From Candidatus Bathyarchaeota archaeon (GTDB taxonomy: Archaea > Thermoproteota > Bathyarchaeia > TCS64): 64,000 nucleotides of DNA. Both the position numbers and the translations under genes were made by a program. The stretch covers positions 33,982 to 97,981 of the forward strand of contig CAWGAT010000047.1 of assembly GCA_963820555.1 (NCBI GenBank). Reading direction: 5' to 3'. Under the pieces are notes generated by a model, which made no database searches, had not been told where the DNA came from, and was given only the letters and a program-made list of their open reading frames with translations. Position 1 is the stretch's first letter; each line of letters opens with the position of its first letter. This document shows, one piece after another, positions 41,757-50,627 of the stretch.

Positions 41757-42482
41757 ATGGTAAAGGTTAAGTTGGCTTCCTCGTATGGTTCGGGGATCGG
41801 CTTGGGCAGGTACAAGGGCATAGTCTTCGACCTCGACGGTACCCTGGTCAACTCAGAGGTTGACTTCCCGAAGATGAAGAGGAACATGATAGTGGTCCTG
41901 GAGGAACATGGGGCCCCGAAGGGGATCCTTACGCCCCAGATGACTACCGTTGTCATCCTCGAGAACGCCGAGAGGTACTGGGCGGAGCAGGGGAAGCCCG
42001 AGTCCGAGAGGATCTGGCTACGCGACGAGATGACCCGCCTCATGGACCAGGGGGAGCTTGAGGCTGTTGAGTCACTGACTATGATACCGGGCACCAGCAA
42101 TGCTATCCACAAGCTGAGGAAGATGGGCTACCGCCTTGCCATTCTAACTCGCAGTCATCACGAGTACGCAGTCAGGGCACTGGAGAAGACGGGCATGATA
42201 AAAGACTTCGAACTAATACTGGGGCGTGGCGAGACACCGCAACCCAAGCCCTACGCAGAGGCGATGATCTACGTCGCCAAGCTGATGAAACTCGGCCTAG
42301 ACGAGGTTTTCCTCGTCGGGGACCACCACATAGACTCAACCTGCGCCGTGAACGCGAAGTGCCACTTCATCGGTGTGGCGACGGGTCCCCGCCCCGACAG
42401 GGCCTGGGAGGTCAACAAGCCCGAGGTCATCCTGCCCAGTGTCGCCGACCTCCCAACCTACCTCGCGAAGCACGACAAGTAA
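41757..42482 (+). CDS. HAD-superfamily hydrolase
   Basis: Motif I is VFDLDGTLVNSE, motif II is ILTRS. Motif III/IV is K ... LVGDHHIDSTCAVNA. Start at Met 58 of the ORF-track product. Confidence 0.75.
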   Translation: MVKVKLASSYGSGIGLGRYKGIVFDLDGTLVNSEVDFPKMKRNMIVVLEEHGAPKGILTPQMTTVVILENAERYWAEQGKPESERIWLRDEMTRLMDQGELEAVESLTMIPGTSNAIHKLRKMGYRLAILTRSHHEYAVRALEKTGMIKDFELILGRGETPQPKPYAEAMIYVAKLMKLGLDEVFLVGDHHIDSTCAVNAKCHFIGVATGPRPDRAWEVNKPEVILPSVADLPTYLAKHDK

Positions 42483-42541
42483 GGCGAAGTGGAAGGTTTT
42501 TTAACCGCTCTCCGACTCTATTGAGGCAATTCAAGGCCCCC

Positions 42542-42838
42542 ATGGTGGGCCCTGCAGAGGTGTTGATTGTGTCTGGTAAAGAGGAATATGCGAAGAAACT
42601 TCAACAGGCTCAGAGCGTCCTGAACATGATCGCCGACGACAACACGACCCCCCGGAACATCCGCAGGGCCGCGAAGCAGGCATCGGACATGCTGCTGGAC
42701 GGGAACATCAGCATCGCCGCTAGGGCGGCGAACGCGATTAGCCTGCTCGAGGACATCAGCCAGGATCCGAACATGCCCATGTATAGCAGGACGAGGATCT
42801 GGAACGCCATCAGCGTCCTAGAGGGCATCCGGGACTAA
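42542..42838 (+). CDS. UPF0147-family small archaeal protein
   Basis: ~98 aa helical protein (RNIRRAAKQASDMLLDG ... RAANAISLLEDISQDPNMP). The composition matches the conserved archaeal UPF0147 family. Confidence 0.45.
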   Translation: MVGPAEVLIVSGKEEYAKKLQQAQSVLNMIADDNTTPRNIRRAAKQASDMLLDGNISIAARAANAISLLEDISQDPNMPMYSRTRIWNAISVLEGIRD

Positions 42839-42921
42839 CCATCCCCGGTTTCACGATTGTAGCCTTCTAGTCGGACTCGGTTTTTTATCTCCTCATTGAC
42901 CCTTCAACTCAGGTGTGATAC

Positions 42922-43668
42922 TTGGTTGGCAAGGTGCTTTTAGTCGGCGAGTCATGGGTCAGCGTGACGACCCACTACAAGGGTTTCGACCACTTCGTCA
43001 GCGGTGGCTACGATACCGGCGTGGCGTACTTCCGAGGGGCGATGGAGGGCTGGGTCGACTGGGTCCACATGCCTGGCCACGAGGCTCAGGCGGGCTTCCC
43101 CCTCGAGGCCGAGAAGCTCAAGGATTACTCCGTCATCATCCTGAGCGACGTCGGAGCCGATACTTTCCTCCTGCACCCCAGAACTTGGATTAACGGGGAG
43201 AGGACACCCAACAGGCTGCGCCTGATAGAGGAGTACGTCCGCGGTGGTGGCGGTCTGATCATGGCTGGGGGTTACCTGAGCTATCAGGGAATAAACGGCG
43301 TCGCGAGGTACCGGGGCTCCCCCGTCGAGGAGGCGCTGCCGGTGGAACTGGAGCCCTACGATGACCGCGTCGAGTGCCCGGAGGGCATCCAGCCGAAGAC
43401 CTCCACGATCAGGCACGAGATAACGAAGGGCCTTGAGGGCACGTGGCCGCACCTGCTCGGATACAACAGTGTCAGGGCAAAGAAGGGAGCGGACATCCTA
43501 GCCACCGTCGGCGCCGACCCACTGCTCGTCGTCGGGGAGCACGGCAAGGGCAGGGCGGTCGCTTGGACGAGCGACATCGGCCCTCACTGGTGCCCGAGGG
43601 AGTTCGCCGAGTGGGACGGCTACACCGAGATATGGAGAAGGATGATAGCCTGGGCGTCGGGCGAGTAG
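42922..43668 (+). CDS. class-I glutamine-amidotransferase-like (ThuA / GATase1-like) domain protein
   Basis: 248 aa. YSVIILSDVGADTF ... GGGLIMAGGYLSYQG. The alpha/beta fold pattern of the ThuA-like family. Confidence 0.5.
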   Translation: MVGKVLLVGESWVSVTTHYKGFDHFVSGGYDTGVAYFRGAMEGWVDWVHMPGHEAQAGFPLEAEKLKDYSVIILSDVGADTFLLHPRTWINGERTPNRLRLIEEYVRGGGGLIMAGGYLSYQGINGVARYRGSPVEEALPVELEPYDDRVECPEGIQPKTSTIRHEITKGLEGTWPHLLGYNSVRAKKGADILATVGADPLLVVGEHGKGRAVAWTSDIGPHWCPREFAEWDGYTEIWRRMIAWASGE

Positions 43669-43676
43669 GCGAGACG

Positions 43677-44432
43677 ATGGCGCCGATTGACACCCACGCC
43701 CACCTCGCCGATCTCCCCGAAGGTGATGCTGTAGTCGAGAGAGCGAAAAAGGCGGGGCTCTCTGGCATAGTCGCGGTGAGCGCCACCATGCCGACATGCG
43801 AGGGCACGCTAAGGCTCGCCCGGGGACACATGGGATACGTACACGCTGCCCTCGGCATCCACCCTACTGAGTTCTTCGATCAGAGCCTAGACGCTGCGCT
43901 GGACACCATCAGAGCCAACGCCTCCGATTGCGTTGCGATTGGTGAGATCGGCCTCGACTACTGGCACAAGCTGGTTCGAAAGGATGCGACCCAGAGGGAT
44001 AGACAGAAGGAGTTCTACGTTAGTCAGCTCCGACTCGCAAGTGAAGTCGATCTCCCCGTCTCCATCCACAGTAGAGGAGCCTGGGGGGACTGCCTCGACC
44101 TCGCGTCCCACCACGGCCCAGGCAAAGGCGTCTTCCACTGGTATAGCGGCCCATTAGACGTACTCGACGGGATCCTCGACTCCGGATACCTTGTATCCTG
44201 CACCCCTGCCGTCGAGGTCAGCGCTGAGCTGAGGGCGGCCATGGCGAAGGCGCCCCTTGAGCGCATCCTCGTCGAGACCGACTCGCCGGTCTGGGTCAAG
44301 AGCCTGAGTAGGCAGTCGGAGCCCGCGGACGTCCTCCTCACACTCAGGCACCTCTCGGAGTTAAAGGGGCTGCCAATGGAAGACGTCGAAAGGGCGACGA
44401 CGAGAAACGCCGAAACCCTATTCAAGCTATGA
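43677..44432 (+). CDS. tatD: TatD-family metal-dependent hydrolase (DNase)
   Basis: PIDTHAHL ... AIGEIGLDYW ... PVSIHSRGA ... ILVETDSP. The four TatD motifs. Start at Met 79 of the ORF-track product. Confidence 0.8.
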   Translation: MAPIDTHAHLADLPEGDAVVERAKKAGLSGIVAVSATMPTCEGTLRLARGHMGYVHAALGIHPTEFFDQSLDAALDTIRANASDCVAIGEIGLDYWHKLVRKDATQRDRQKEFYVSQLRLASEVDLPVSIHSRGAWGDCLDLASHHGPGKGVFHWYSGPLDVLDGILDSGYLVSCTPAVEVSAELRAAMAKAPLERILVETDSPVWVKSLSRQSEPADVLLTLRHLSELKGLPMEDVERATTRNAETLFKL

Positions 44433-44445
44433 TTCCCGGTGTTCA

Positions 44446-45201
44446 TTGATCCCCTTGGGCTACCGGGAGAGGGCTGTGTTCAGGCCAGTGAGTCTCCTCT
44501 ACTTCATACTGCTTCTATTGGCGCTTGTCGCTGTGGTGCCCATCATCTTCCTGTTGATCGGGGATCTCCTTGTCTCCGCCCTCGGGATACCGGCGCAGTG
44601 GGTTGGCGTCTTCCTCTTCGTGAGCTTGGTCGGTAGTCTCGTCAACATACCAGTCGCGACCTTGGAGAGCAGGGTGCCCGTCGTCGGGGTACGGGAGATC
44701 AGCGTCTTCGGAGTCACATGGCAGGTACCGAGTGTGGGCTTCGGTGTCACGAAGACGCACGTCCTCATTAACATCGGCGGGGCGGTGCTTCCAATGATCG
44801 TATCAGGTTACCTTCTCGGCATGCCGATCATCCACGCCCCTGGCAACCCAGTCGACGAATACATCGCGATAGGGGCGGTGCTCCTAATTGTGACCGTTCT
44901 TGTGAATAGGTCGGCGCAGGTCGTGGAAGGGCTCGGGGTGGCGACGCCCGCCCTAGTCCCACCGCTCGTCACGGCCCTGGCGACTATACTCGTCGACTAC
45001 CTCTCCCCCCTCCACTCGCCGGCGCAGATAGCATACATAGGCGGAACCCTGGGAACCCTCATAGGAGCGGACCTCCTCAATCTCCATAAGATTAGGGACA
45101 TAGGGGCACCAGTCGTCAGCATCGGAGGCGCCGGGACGTTCGACGGCATCTACTTCACGGGGATAGTCTCCGTCCTACTAGTCGCCCTAGCGCTAGGGTA
45201 A
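44446..45201 (+). CDS. DUF1614-family integral membrane protein
   Basis: 251 aa, ~7 TM helices, Gly/Ala-rich repeats typical of the archaeal DUF1614 family. Confidence 0.5.
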   Translation: MIPLGYRERAVFRPVSLLYFILLLLALVAVVPIIFLLIGDLLVSALGIPAQWVGVFLFVSLVGSLVNIPVATLESRVPVVGVREISVFGVTWQVPSVGFGVTKTHVLINIGGAVLPMIVSGYLLGMPIIHAPGNPVDEYIAIGAVLLIVTVLVNRSAQVVEGLGVATPALVPPLVTALATILVDYLSPLHSPAQIAYIGGTLGTLIGADLLNLHKIRDIGAPVVSIGGAGTFDGIYFTGIVSVLLVALALG

Positions 45202-45420
45202 TCCTCATCTAACGTACAAGAGGGTTATTTAAGGAATTGATTCCTTTTGTAGAGATTCATGAGGTAAATTCATCAACAGAGAGATGCTCTGATTCCACTG
45301 CATCAGACGCAATTAATCAGCATATCCAGGCCTTAGCCCGTTATTAGCTGATAAAGCGCATTAATGGCCGTTATAAGCGGTTAAAAAATCTCTAATTGAT
45401 AGCTGGGTACAATGGAACGC

Positions 45421-45655
45421 GCTTATACCTTAGCGGTAGTGATTGCTTTGCCCAGGTGGGAGCGGACGAAGGGTCGAAGCGGTGGAAGACCCCCAAAGCC
45501 GCAGAGCCGTGAGGAGTGGGCTGCGAAGGACCAGGCGGGCTTTGGCTAGCCGGGAAACCTGCTCTCCTCAGCTGATCAAGCGTGCACGCGTGACGTACCC
45601 GGGACGGGTAAAACCACGCGAGGTCGGCTCCGGTAATCTCGCTTGGGCACCTCTA
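45421..45655. ncRNA. candidate structured non-coding RNA (GC-rich ~235 nt island inside an AT-rich spacer). Identity unresolved.
   Basis: GC is ~62% here versus ~33% in the flanks (45200-45420, 45656-45930). Local complementary segments exist, for example GAGGAG at 45510-45515 and CTCCTC at 45563-45568. The overlapping 104 aa ORF (45443..45757) has non-protein-like composition. Confidence 0.35.
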
Positions 45656-45927
45656 TTCTTCGATAATTACCTACATTATGAATCAGCAATGTTCTCATTA
45701 GTCTTATCCTCAGTTTCACCTGATAGTCGTGTCATCATGTTTCTTGGAGTAGATTGAAGTCTTTCCTTATCTTTGAACCAGTTCCATAACCATAAAGAAA
45801 TTTTTGCATAAGCCTCATCCTATGTGCAATAATTTTGTCCTACATTCCTCAAGCTTAAAGAAAATAGGATTTTAACAGCAAGATTCAGACTCAATACTTA
45901 AATCCACACAGCTTCCTGAGGCAGACA

Positions 45928-46365
45928 ATGGTAAAAATAGGAATTGTAAGATGCACAAGAGACTTCGAGTGCTCAGGATGCAACTGCTTCTACGCCATAA
46001 AGGAACACGATGGCGCATTCAAGGACTACAATGAACCAATCGAAATCGTGGGAATTACACCGTGTTCAGTATGCAAGGGAGGAGAGATCAACGATGAACT
46101 TGTCAATCTTAAGCGATACGGCGCTGATGTAATTCATCTATCCTCGTGTCACCTCGCTGTTTATCCACCGTGTCCATTCATCGCGGAGCATAAGAAGCAC
46201 ATTGAGGAGCTTCTGGGGCTTCCGGTTGTTGTTGGTACTCACCCGATGCCTACTAGTTATGTTGAGAAGCATACGCGGCTCGGAGACTGGAGGGGGTGCG
46301 AAGGGTTTCTCTCGAAGATAATCGGCGATGTTAAGGCTTCGTTGAAGTATGAGTCAAAGAGGTGA
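45928..46365 (+). CDS. CGGC-domain protein
   Basis: 145 aa. CTRDFECSGCNCF ... CSVCKGG ... SSCHL ... PPCPF. The Cys pattern of the CGGC domain family. Low GC (~45%). Confidence 0.5.
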   Translation: MVKIGIVRCTRDFECSGCNCFYAIKEHDGAFKDYNEPIEIVGITPCSVCKGGEINDELVNLKRYGADVIHLSSCHLAVYPPCPFIAEHKKHIEELLGLPVVVGTHPMPTSYVEKHTRLGDWRGCEGFLSKIIGDVKASLKYESKR

Positions 46366-46554
46366 GTGTAATCTTAGTTGCCGACCCACTGTAGGAACAA
46401 CTGCACTAATTATGTTGTGTACGAGTAACTCAATAGCCCAACCTCAGTTCGACCGTGATGGCATGGTTGATCTACAGACCGTTGATGTTTTAATGCGCAC
46501 GCGGCTCAGTGAATTGGAGCCGGCAGCAGTCGGCGGCTCTGTGAGGAGAAACGA

Positions 46555-47541
46555 ATGAAGGTCATCGACGTCCACAACCACGTGAACCCGCGTCCATTCC
46601 TGGAGGCAATGCGAGCCAGTCATGATTGGTACGGGTTCACCGCCGAGCACGGCGAGCTTGAGAACCCCCGGAACCACTGGACCCTAGAAGAGCGGATTGC
46701 CGACATGGACCGGCTCGGGGTGGGAATGCAGGCGCTCACCGTCTACGGCGGCTTCAACAAATACGACCGCGACCCAGAGCTCACCAAGGCAGTGGTCAGG
46801 GCCTGCAACGACGAGGTGGCGGCCATGGTCTATGAGCACCCCGATCGGTTCGTGGGCCTGGGCATTCTTCCCATGCAGGACGTGGCGGCATCGGTAGTTG
46901 AGCTCGAGCGGGCGGTCGCCGATCTCGGGCTGAAGGGCGTCACCATCAAGGACCACATCAACGGGAACACCCTAGACGAACCGCAGTTCCTCCCATTCTG
47001 GGAGGCCGCTGAGCGGCTGGGAGCCGTCGTTGAGTTCCACCAGGGCAGCACGATCGTGACGCAGCGGATCCCTCGCTACTTCCTTGAGAACACCGTGGGC
47101 AACCTGGTGGAGCGGGTCCTCACCTTTGGGGCTCTGGTGCAGGGCGGGATCATCGATCGCTTCCCCAAGCTGAAGGTTTGTCTGTTGCACGGGGGCGGCT
47201 ACGTGGCTTTCGGGGTTGCCCGAATGGACAAGGGCTGGGAGGCGGTGAAGCTGGGCTATATGGCCGAGTACTCGGCCGGTGAGGATGCCCGCCAGTCGAT
47301 CTCCAAGCCTCCGAGCCAGTACGTGGGGAGCTTCTATTACGACTGTGCCACCTTCAGCGAACCGACTCTGCGGTTCCTGATAGACACTGTGGGGATCGAT
47401 AGGGTCGTATTCGGGACCGACTACCCATGCCCTATGGAGATGGTGGACTCGGTTAACTGGATCAACAGCCTGGGGAGCCTGACCTACTCGGAGAAGCAGG
47501 CGATTTTGTCGGTGAACCCGGCCCGGATGCTCGGTATCTGA
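46555..47541 (+). CDS. amidohydrolase-2 family (ACMSD-like) metal-dependent hydrolase
   Basis: 328 aa. MKVIDVHNHV ... HGGG ... FGTDYP. The TIM-barrel amidohydrolase 2 signature. Confidence 0.7.
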   Translation: MKVIDVHNHVNPRPFLEAMRASHDWYGFTAEHGELENPRNHWTLEERIADMDRLGVGMQALTVYGGFNKYDRDPELTKAVVRACNDEVAAMVYEHPDRFVGLGILPMQDVAASVVELERAVADLGLKGVTIKDHINGNTLDEPQFLPFWEAAERLGAVVEFHQGSTIVTQRIPRYFLENTVGNLVERVLTFGALVQGGIIDRFPKLKVCLLHGGGYVAFGVARMDKGWEAVKLGYMAEYSAGEDARQSISKPPSQYVGSFYYDCATFSEPTLRFLIDTVGIDRVVFGTDYPCPMEMVDSVNWINSLGSLTYSEKQAILSVNPARMLGI

Positions 47542-47767
47542 CCCGTTGGCTATCTCACCGTGTGGCTTCCATAGCCTTATCCTCACTTCCACCCGATACT
47601 CAACCGTGTTCATGCGCAGATACTCTAAATATAATGAATATTTCTTTGGTATTCAACCGTAAATTGAATAGTTGACCACCTAATCCTTCAATCGTACGCG
47701 AGATTCAGCTAGGGCTCTTCACATGACGTGAGGATTTTTTTATTAGAAACCGACATTCAATAACATT

Positions 47768-48109
47768 ATGGCGAACCTCATCCAGGCGATAATCGTTATA
47801 CTCGCGGGAATCGCAGTGGCTATCGCGGATGGCATCATTAAAAAGACAGCCATCGGCGTTTCCTTCCCCGATGCGCTAAAGAACCCTCTCATGATAGGCG
47901 TGGTGTTCCTGTATCTTGTGCAGATTGCGTTTTTCACCTATGTCTTCGTGAATGATTGGCAGTTGGGGGTTGTCGGTGTTTTACAGATGGTGGCTTACTC
48001 CACATTTGTGATAATTACGGGCGTCTTCATCTTCAAGGAGAGCTTTACTGTGACTCAGTACCTAGGTTTTATTTTAGCGATTAGTGGTGCTGTTCTGATC
48101 AATTTATGA
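47768..48109 (+). CDS. small 4-TM membrane protein (SMR/EamA-like)
   Basis: 113 aa, four hydrophobic helices, low GC. Confidence 0.4.
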   Translation: MANLIQAIIVILAGIAVAIADGIIKKTAIGVSFPDALKNPLMIGVVFLYLVQIAFFTYVFVNDWQLGVVGVLQMVAYSTFVIITGVFIFKESFTVTQYLGFILAISGAVLINL

Positions 48110-48297
48110 ATTTTTGTTTCGAATGTGCTTAATAAACACATCCTCAGCTCCACCTGATTGCGTCGCCAAAATAAACCAGGAAAAAAGGGGAAGGCCTATC
48201 GTTTGTAGTATACGACCGGGCGCACATCTCTACACAAAGGAGGTAAAAGTTTAATCATCAGATTACGCGAGTAGCTCTATCAGCAATTTATCCGAAG

Positions 48298-48540
48298 ATG
48301 AATCACATGAGTGAATCAAAAAAAGTTGGACCAGAACTCATTGTATCTATCCTCAGGGAAGCGAAAAAACCCCTAACTACAAGACAACTACAACAAGAGG
48401 TTCAGAAATTAGTTCCATTCTGTCTATCTGATAATGTAATTGCATTGAATCTGATGAGAGTCAGAGGAACGATTAAAGGAAAACTCACCGAGAATAGATC
48501 TTGGATCTGGTGGATCGAAGACAAGGAAGAAAGCAAATGA
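48298..48540 (+). CDS. small wHTH-like DNA-binding protein
   Basis: 80 aa. LIVSILREAKKPLTTRQLQQEVQK ... Low GC. Confidence 0.3.
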   Translation: MNHMSESKKVGPELIVSILREAKKPLTTRQLQQEVQKLVPFCLSDNVIALNLMRVRGTIKGKLTENRSWIWWIEDKEESK

Positions 48541-48655
48541 AAACAATTGTCTATGCATGCATATGCGTATCAAGAGATTACAATAAAGCGCGCGCGGAGC
48601 ACCCTGAACTGAAGACTTAGCCCTCAATAGCATCATTCTTCCTTCCACCGGCTAT

Positions 48656-48701
48656 TCGAAAAATCTTACCACAAATTTACTTTGGCATAAGCCTCATCTA
48701 A
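48656..48701. repeat. 46-bp direct repeat, copy B (tcgaaaaatcttaccacaaatttactttggcataagcctcatctaa)
   Basis: 44/46 identical to copy C at 49927-49972. A partial 19-bp copy lies at 45802-45820. Confidence 0.8.
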
Positions 48702-49005
48702 CGCACGCTGGACCCGCTGAACCGCCGCCCTTGACCCTCCATCTGATGCCTTCAATACTTGGTGCCTTCAGCTGAGTAGGTGCTTGGGCTGGTCTGGTTG
48801 AGGCATTCATTCTGAGGATGGTTCGTGCTTCGAGTAGACACCTCTCGCTCTCCTCTATGATGCTGAGCAGCTTCTCGACTTGGCTCTGACTCAATGTGAC
48901 CGTGACACTCAACGCTGCGACCTCAGCCTTTGGCGGCTCGCTCAGCTTCTTAAAACCTAGGCACATCAATGCAGGAGGCAGTCGAATGAATATTGATGCG
49001 CACAC
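48694..49005 (-). CDS. hypothetical protein
   Basis: 103 aa. Its stop overlaps repeat B. No motif. Weak. Confidence 0.2.
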   Translation of the reverse strand: MCASIFIRLPPALMCLGFKKLSEPPKAEVAALSVTVTLSQSQVEKLLSIIEESERCLLEARTILRMNASTRPAQAPTQLKAPSIEGIRWRVKGGGSAGPACVR

Positions 49006-49072
49006 GCATCGTACAGGGATAGAGCTACGGCTAGCTGATGATTCCCCTACCTCCTCCAGTTCCTTCCTTCAC

Positions 49073-49855
49073 TTATCCGTAGAATCCAGCGGTCAATCCA
49101 CCATCGACGAAGAGAATGTGACCATTGACATATCTTGAGTCGTCGGATGCGAGGAAGAGCGCCCCCAGGGCTATGTCTTCTGGTTTAGCAAACCGCCCCA
49201 TCGGTATCTTCTTGAGAAGGAAGTTCTTCGATTCTTCCGGGTTTGGAGTACTCTCGATCGATGCCGTCCACTGAGGTGTTATCGTCTCCCCCGGGACCAG
49301 TCCGTTGACCCTGATGTTGTCTTTGGCATATTCGAGGCACATCGACCTCGTCAATTCCCGCACGGCCCCTTTCGATGCACCGTACGCTTGACTCCCCACA
49401 TAGTTCATGTAGGCGTTCGTGGTGATGGTGTTTATTATCGATCCACCACCCTTTTCAATCATAATCGGGACCACTTCCTTCGATACGAGAAACACCCCGC
49501 GCAGGTTCAGGTTGATGAGCCTGTCCCACTCCTCCTCGGAATCGTTAACGACCGTATCCTTGTTTTCCCTCTGCCATCCTCCCACATTGTTGTGCAGTAT
49601 ATCGATTCCATTGTAGCGATCACGTACTTGACTGACCATGGCTTTCACCTCCGACCACTTTGTCACGTTCGCCTTGTAGAACGTGGCTTCTCCCTTGGCT
49701 TCTTGAATCAGCCGTACAGTTTCGTGACCCCCCTCTCCGCTGATGTCGTTTACTGCGACTTGGGCGCCCTCCGCTGCGAATAGGATGGCCGTGGCCCTGC
49801 CAATACCCGAACCCGCTCCCGTGATCAGTGCGGTTTTTCCATGTAGTCTGTTCAT
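49073..49855 (-). CDS. short-chain dehydrogenase/reductase (SDR)
   Basis: TGAGSGIGRA NAD-binding motif, NNVG, catalytic S...YxxxK (YGASKGAV). Start at Met 18 of the ORF-track product. Confidence 0.85.
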   Translation of the reverse strand: MNRLHGKTALITGAGSGIGRATAILFAAEGAQVAVNDISGEGGHETVRLIQEAKGEATFYKANVTKWSEVKAMVSQVRDRYNGIDILHNNVGGWQRENKDTVVNDSEEEWDRLINLNLRGVFLVSKEVVPIMIEKGGGSIINTITTNAYMNYVGSQAYGASKGAVRELTRSMCLEYAKDNIRVNGLVPGETITPQWTASIESTPNPEESKNFLLKKIPMGRFAKPEDIALGALFLASDDSRYVNGHILFVDGGLTAGFYG

Positions 49856-49926
49856 ACCACTTTCTTCTTTCGCAGCAACGGTTAATATGTGTAGGGAATT
49901 ACGCAAGCCTCTGCTCCATCTGATAC

Positions 49927-49972
49927 TCGAAAAATCTTACCACAAAGTTGCTTTGGCATAAGCCTCATCTAA
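49927..49972. repeat. 46-bp direct repeat, copy C (tcgaaaaatcttaccacaaagttgctttggcataagcctcatctaa)
   Basis: See copy B. It lies ~20 bp upstream of the rusA-like start. Confidence 0.8.
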
Positions 49973-49994
49973 GCGACGCGTGCATTCTTCGTGT

Positions 49995-50426
49995 ATGCAG
50001 CACGTTTACTTCGAGGTGAAGGGGGACCCTGTGCCGAAGGCGCGCGCCCGCACGGTGAGGAAAGGCGGGAGGACTTGGAGCTTCACCCCGAAGAAGGTCG
50101 CGGTCTGGGAGAAGACTGTGAAGGAGGAGGCGGTGAAACACTTCGAGCAGCCCTTAGTCGGTCCGATTCAGGTATCCATGATATTCTACATGGACCGCCC
50201 AAAGTCCCGGCGAAAGGATGTCTGGGTCCCCACTACACCTGATCTTGACAACCTTGAAAAGGCAGTCCTCGACGCCCTCAACGGGGTCGCCTATGAGGAC
50301 GACCGCTTTGTTGTGGCGAAAAACGCGCAGAAGAAGTACATCCGACGGGATGAGCCCAAGGTTTGCGTCAGGGTTACGAGCTTGAGTAATCAGGTTTCAA
50401 TTGATGGATTCTCTAAACCCGAGTAG
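49995..50426 (+). CDS. rusA: RusA-like Holliday-junction resolvase
   Basis: VKGDPVPKARARTV ... FTPKKVAVWEKTV ... DRPKSRRKDVWVPTTPDLDNLEKAVLDALNGVAYEDDRFV. The RusA catalytic Asp cluster and Lys. A typically phage- or prophage-borne gene. Confidence 0.65.
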   Translation: MQHVYFEVKGDPVPKARARTVRKGGRTWSFTPKKVAVWEKTVKEEAVKHFEQPLVGPIQVSMIFYMDRPKSRRKDVWVPTTPDLDNLEKAVLDALNGVAYEDDRFVVAKNAQKKYIRRDEPKVCVRVTSLSNQVSIDGFSKPE

Positions 50427-50469
50427 GCTCCGATAAGGTTTTACAGCGCGTCTAGACATGTGTAGCAGG

Positions 50470-50556
50470 GCCGGGGTAGCCAAGCGGACCACGGCGCCAG
50501 TCTTGAAAACTGGTGCTCTTACGAGCCCATGGGTTCGAATCCCATCCCCGGCGCCA
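50470..50556 (+). tRNA. tRNA-Ser (anticodon TGA) with a long variable arm and an encoded CCA
   Basis: Acceptor GCCGGGG/CCCCGGC, anticodon stem CCAGT/ACTGG, loop CTTGAAA, long variable arm, T-arm ATGGGTTCGAATCCCAT, discriminator G then CCA. Confidence 0.85.
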
Positions 50557-50627
50557 AATCAATAATCGAGACCCTTCACATGGAATTAGTCGATGTGGAG
50601 AGTCACAATACAAAACGCGGTTGTAAC

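Noticed and set aside
45421-45655. Assigning the candidate RNA specifically as SRP RNA or RNase P RNA
   Set aside because: I could not find the helix-8 GGAA/GNAR plus AGCAGCC-type motifs or the P4 AGGAAAGUCCGGGC / ACAGAA motifs by eye. The feature is left as an unclassified candidate.
45443-45757. 104 aa ORF across the GC-rich intergenic island
   Set aside because: The composition is non-protein-like (MLCPGGSGRRVEAVEDPQSRRAVRSGLRRTRRALASRETCSPQL ...). It coincides with the candidate RNA, and the GC periodicity does not fit coding.
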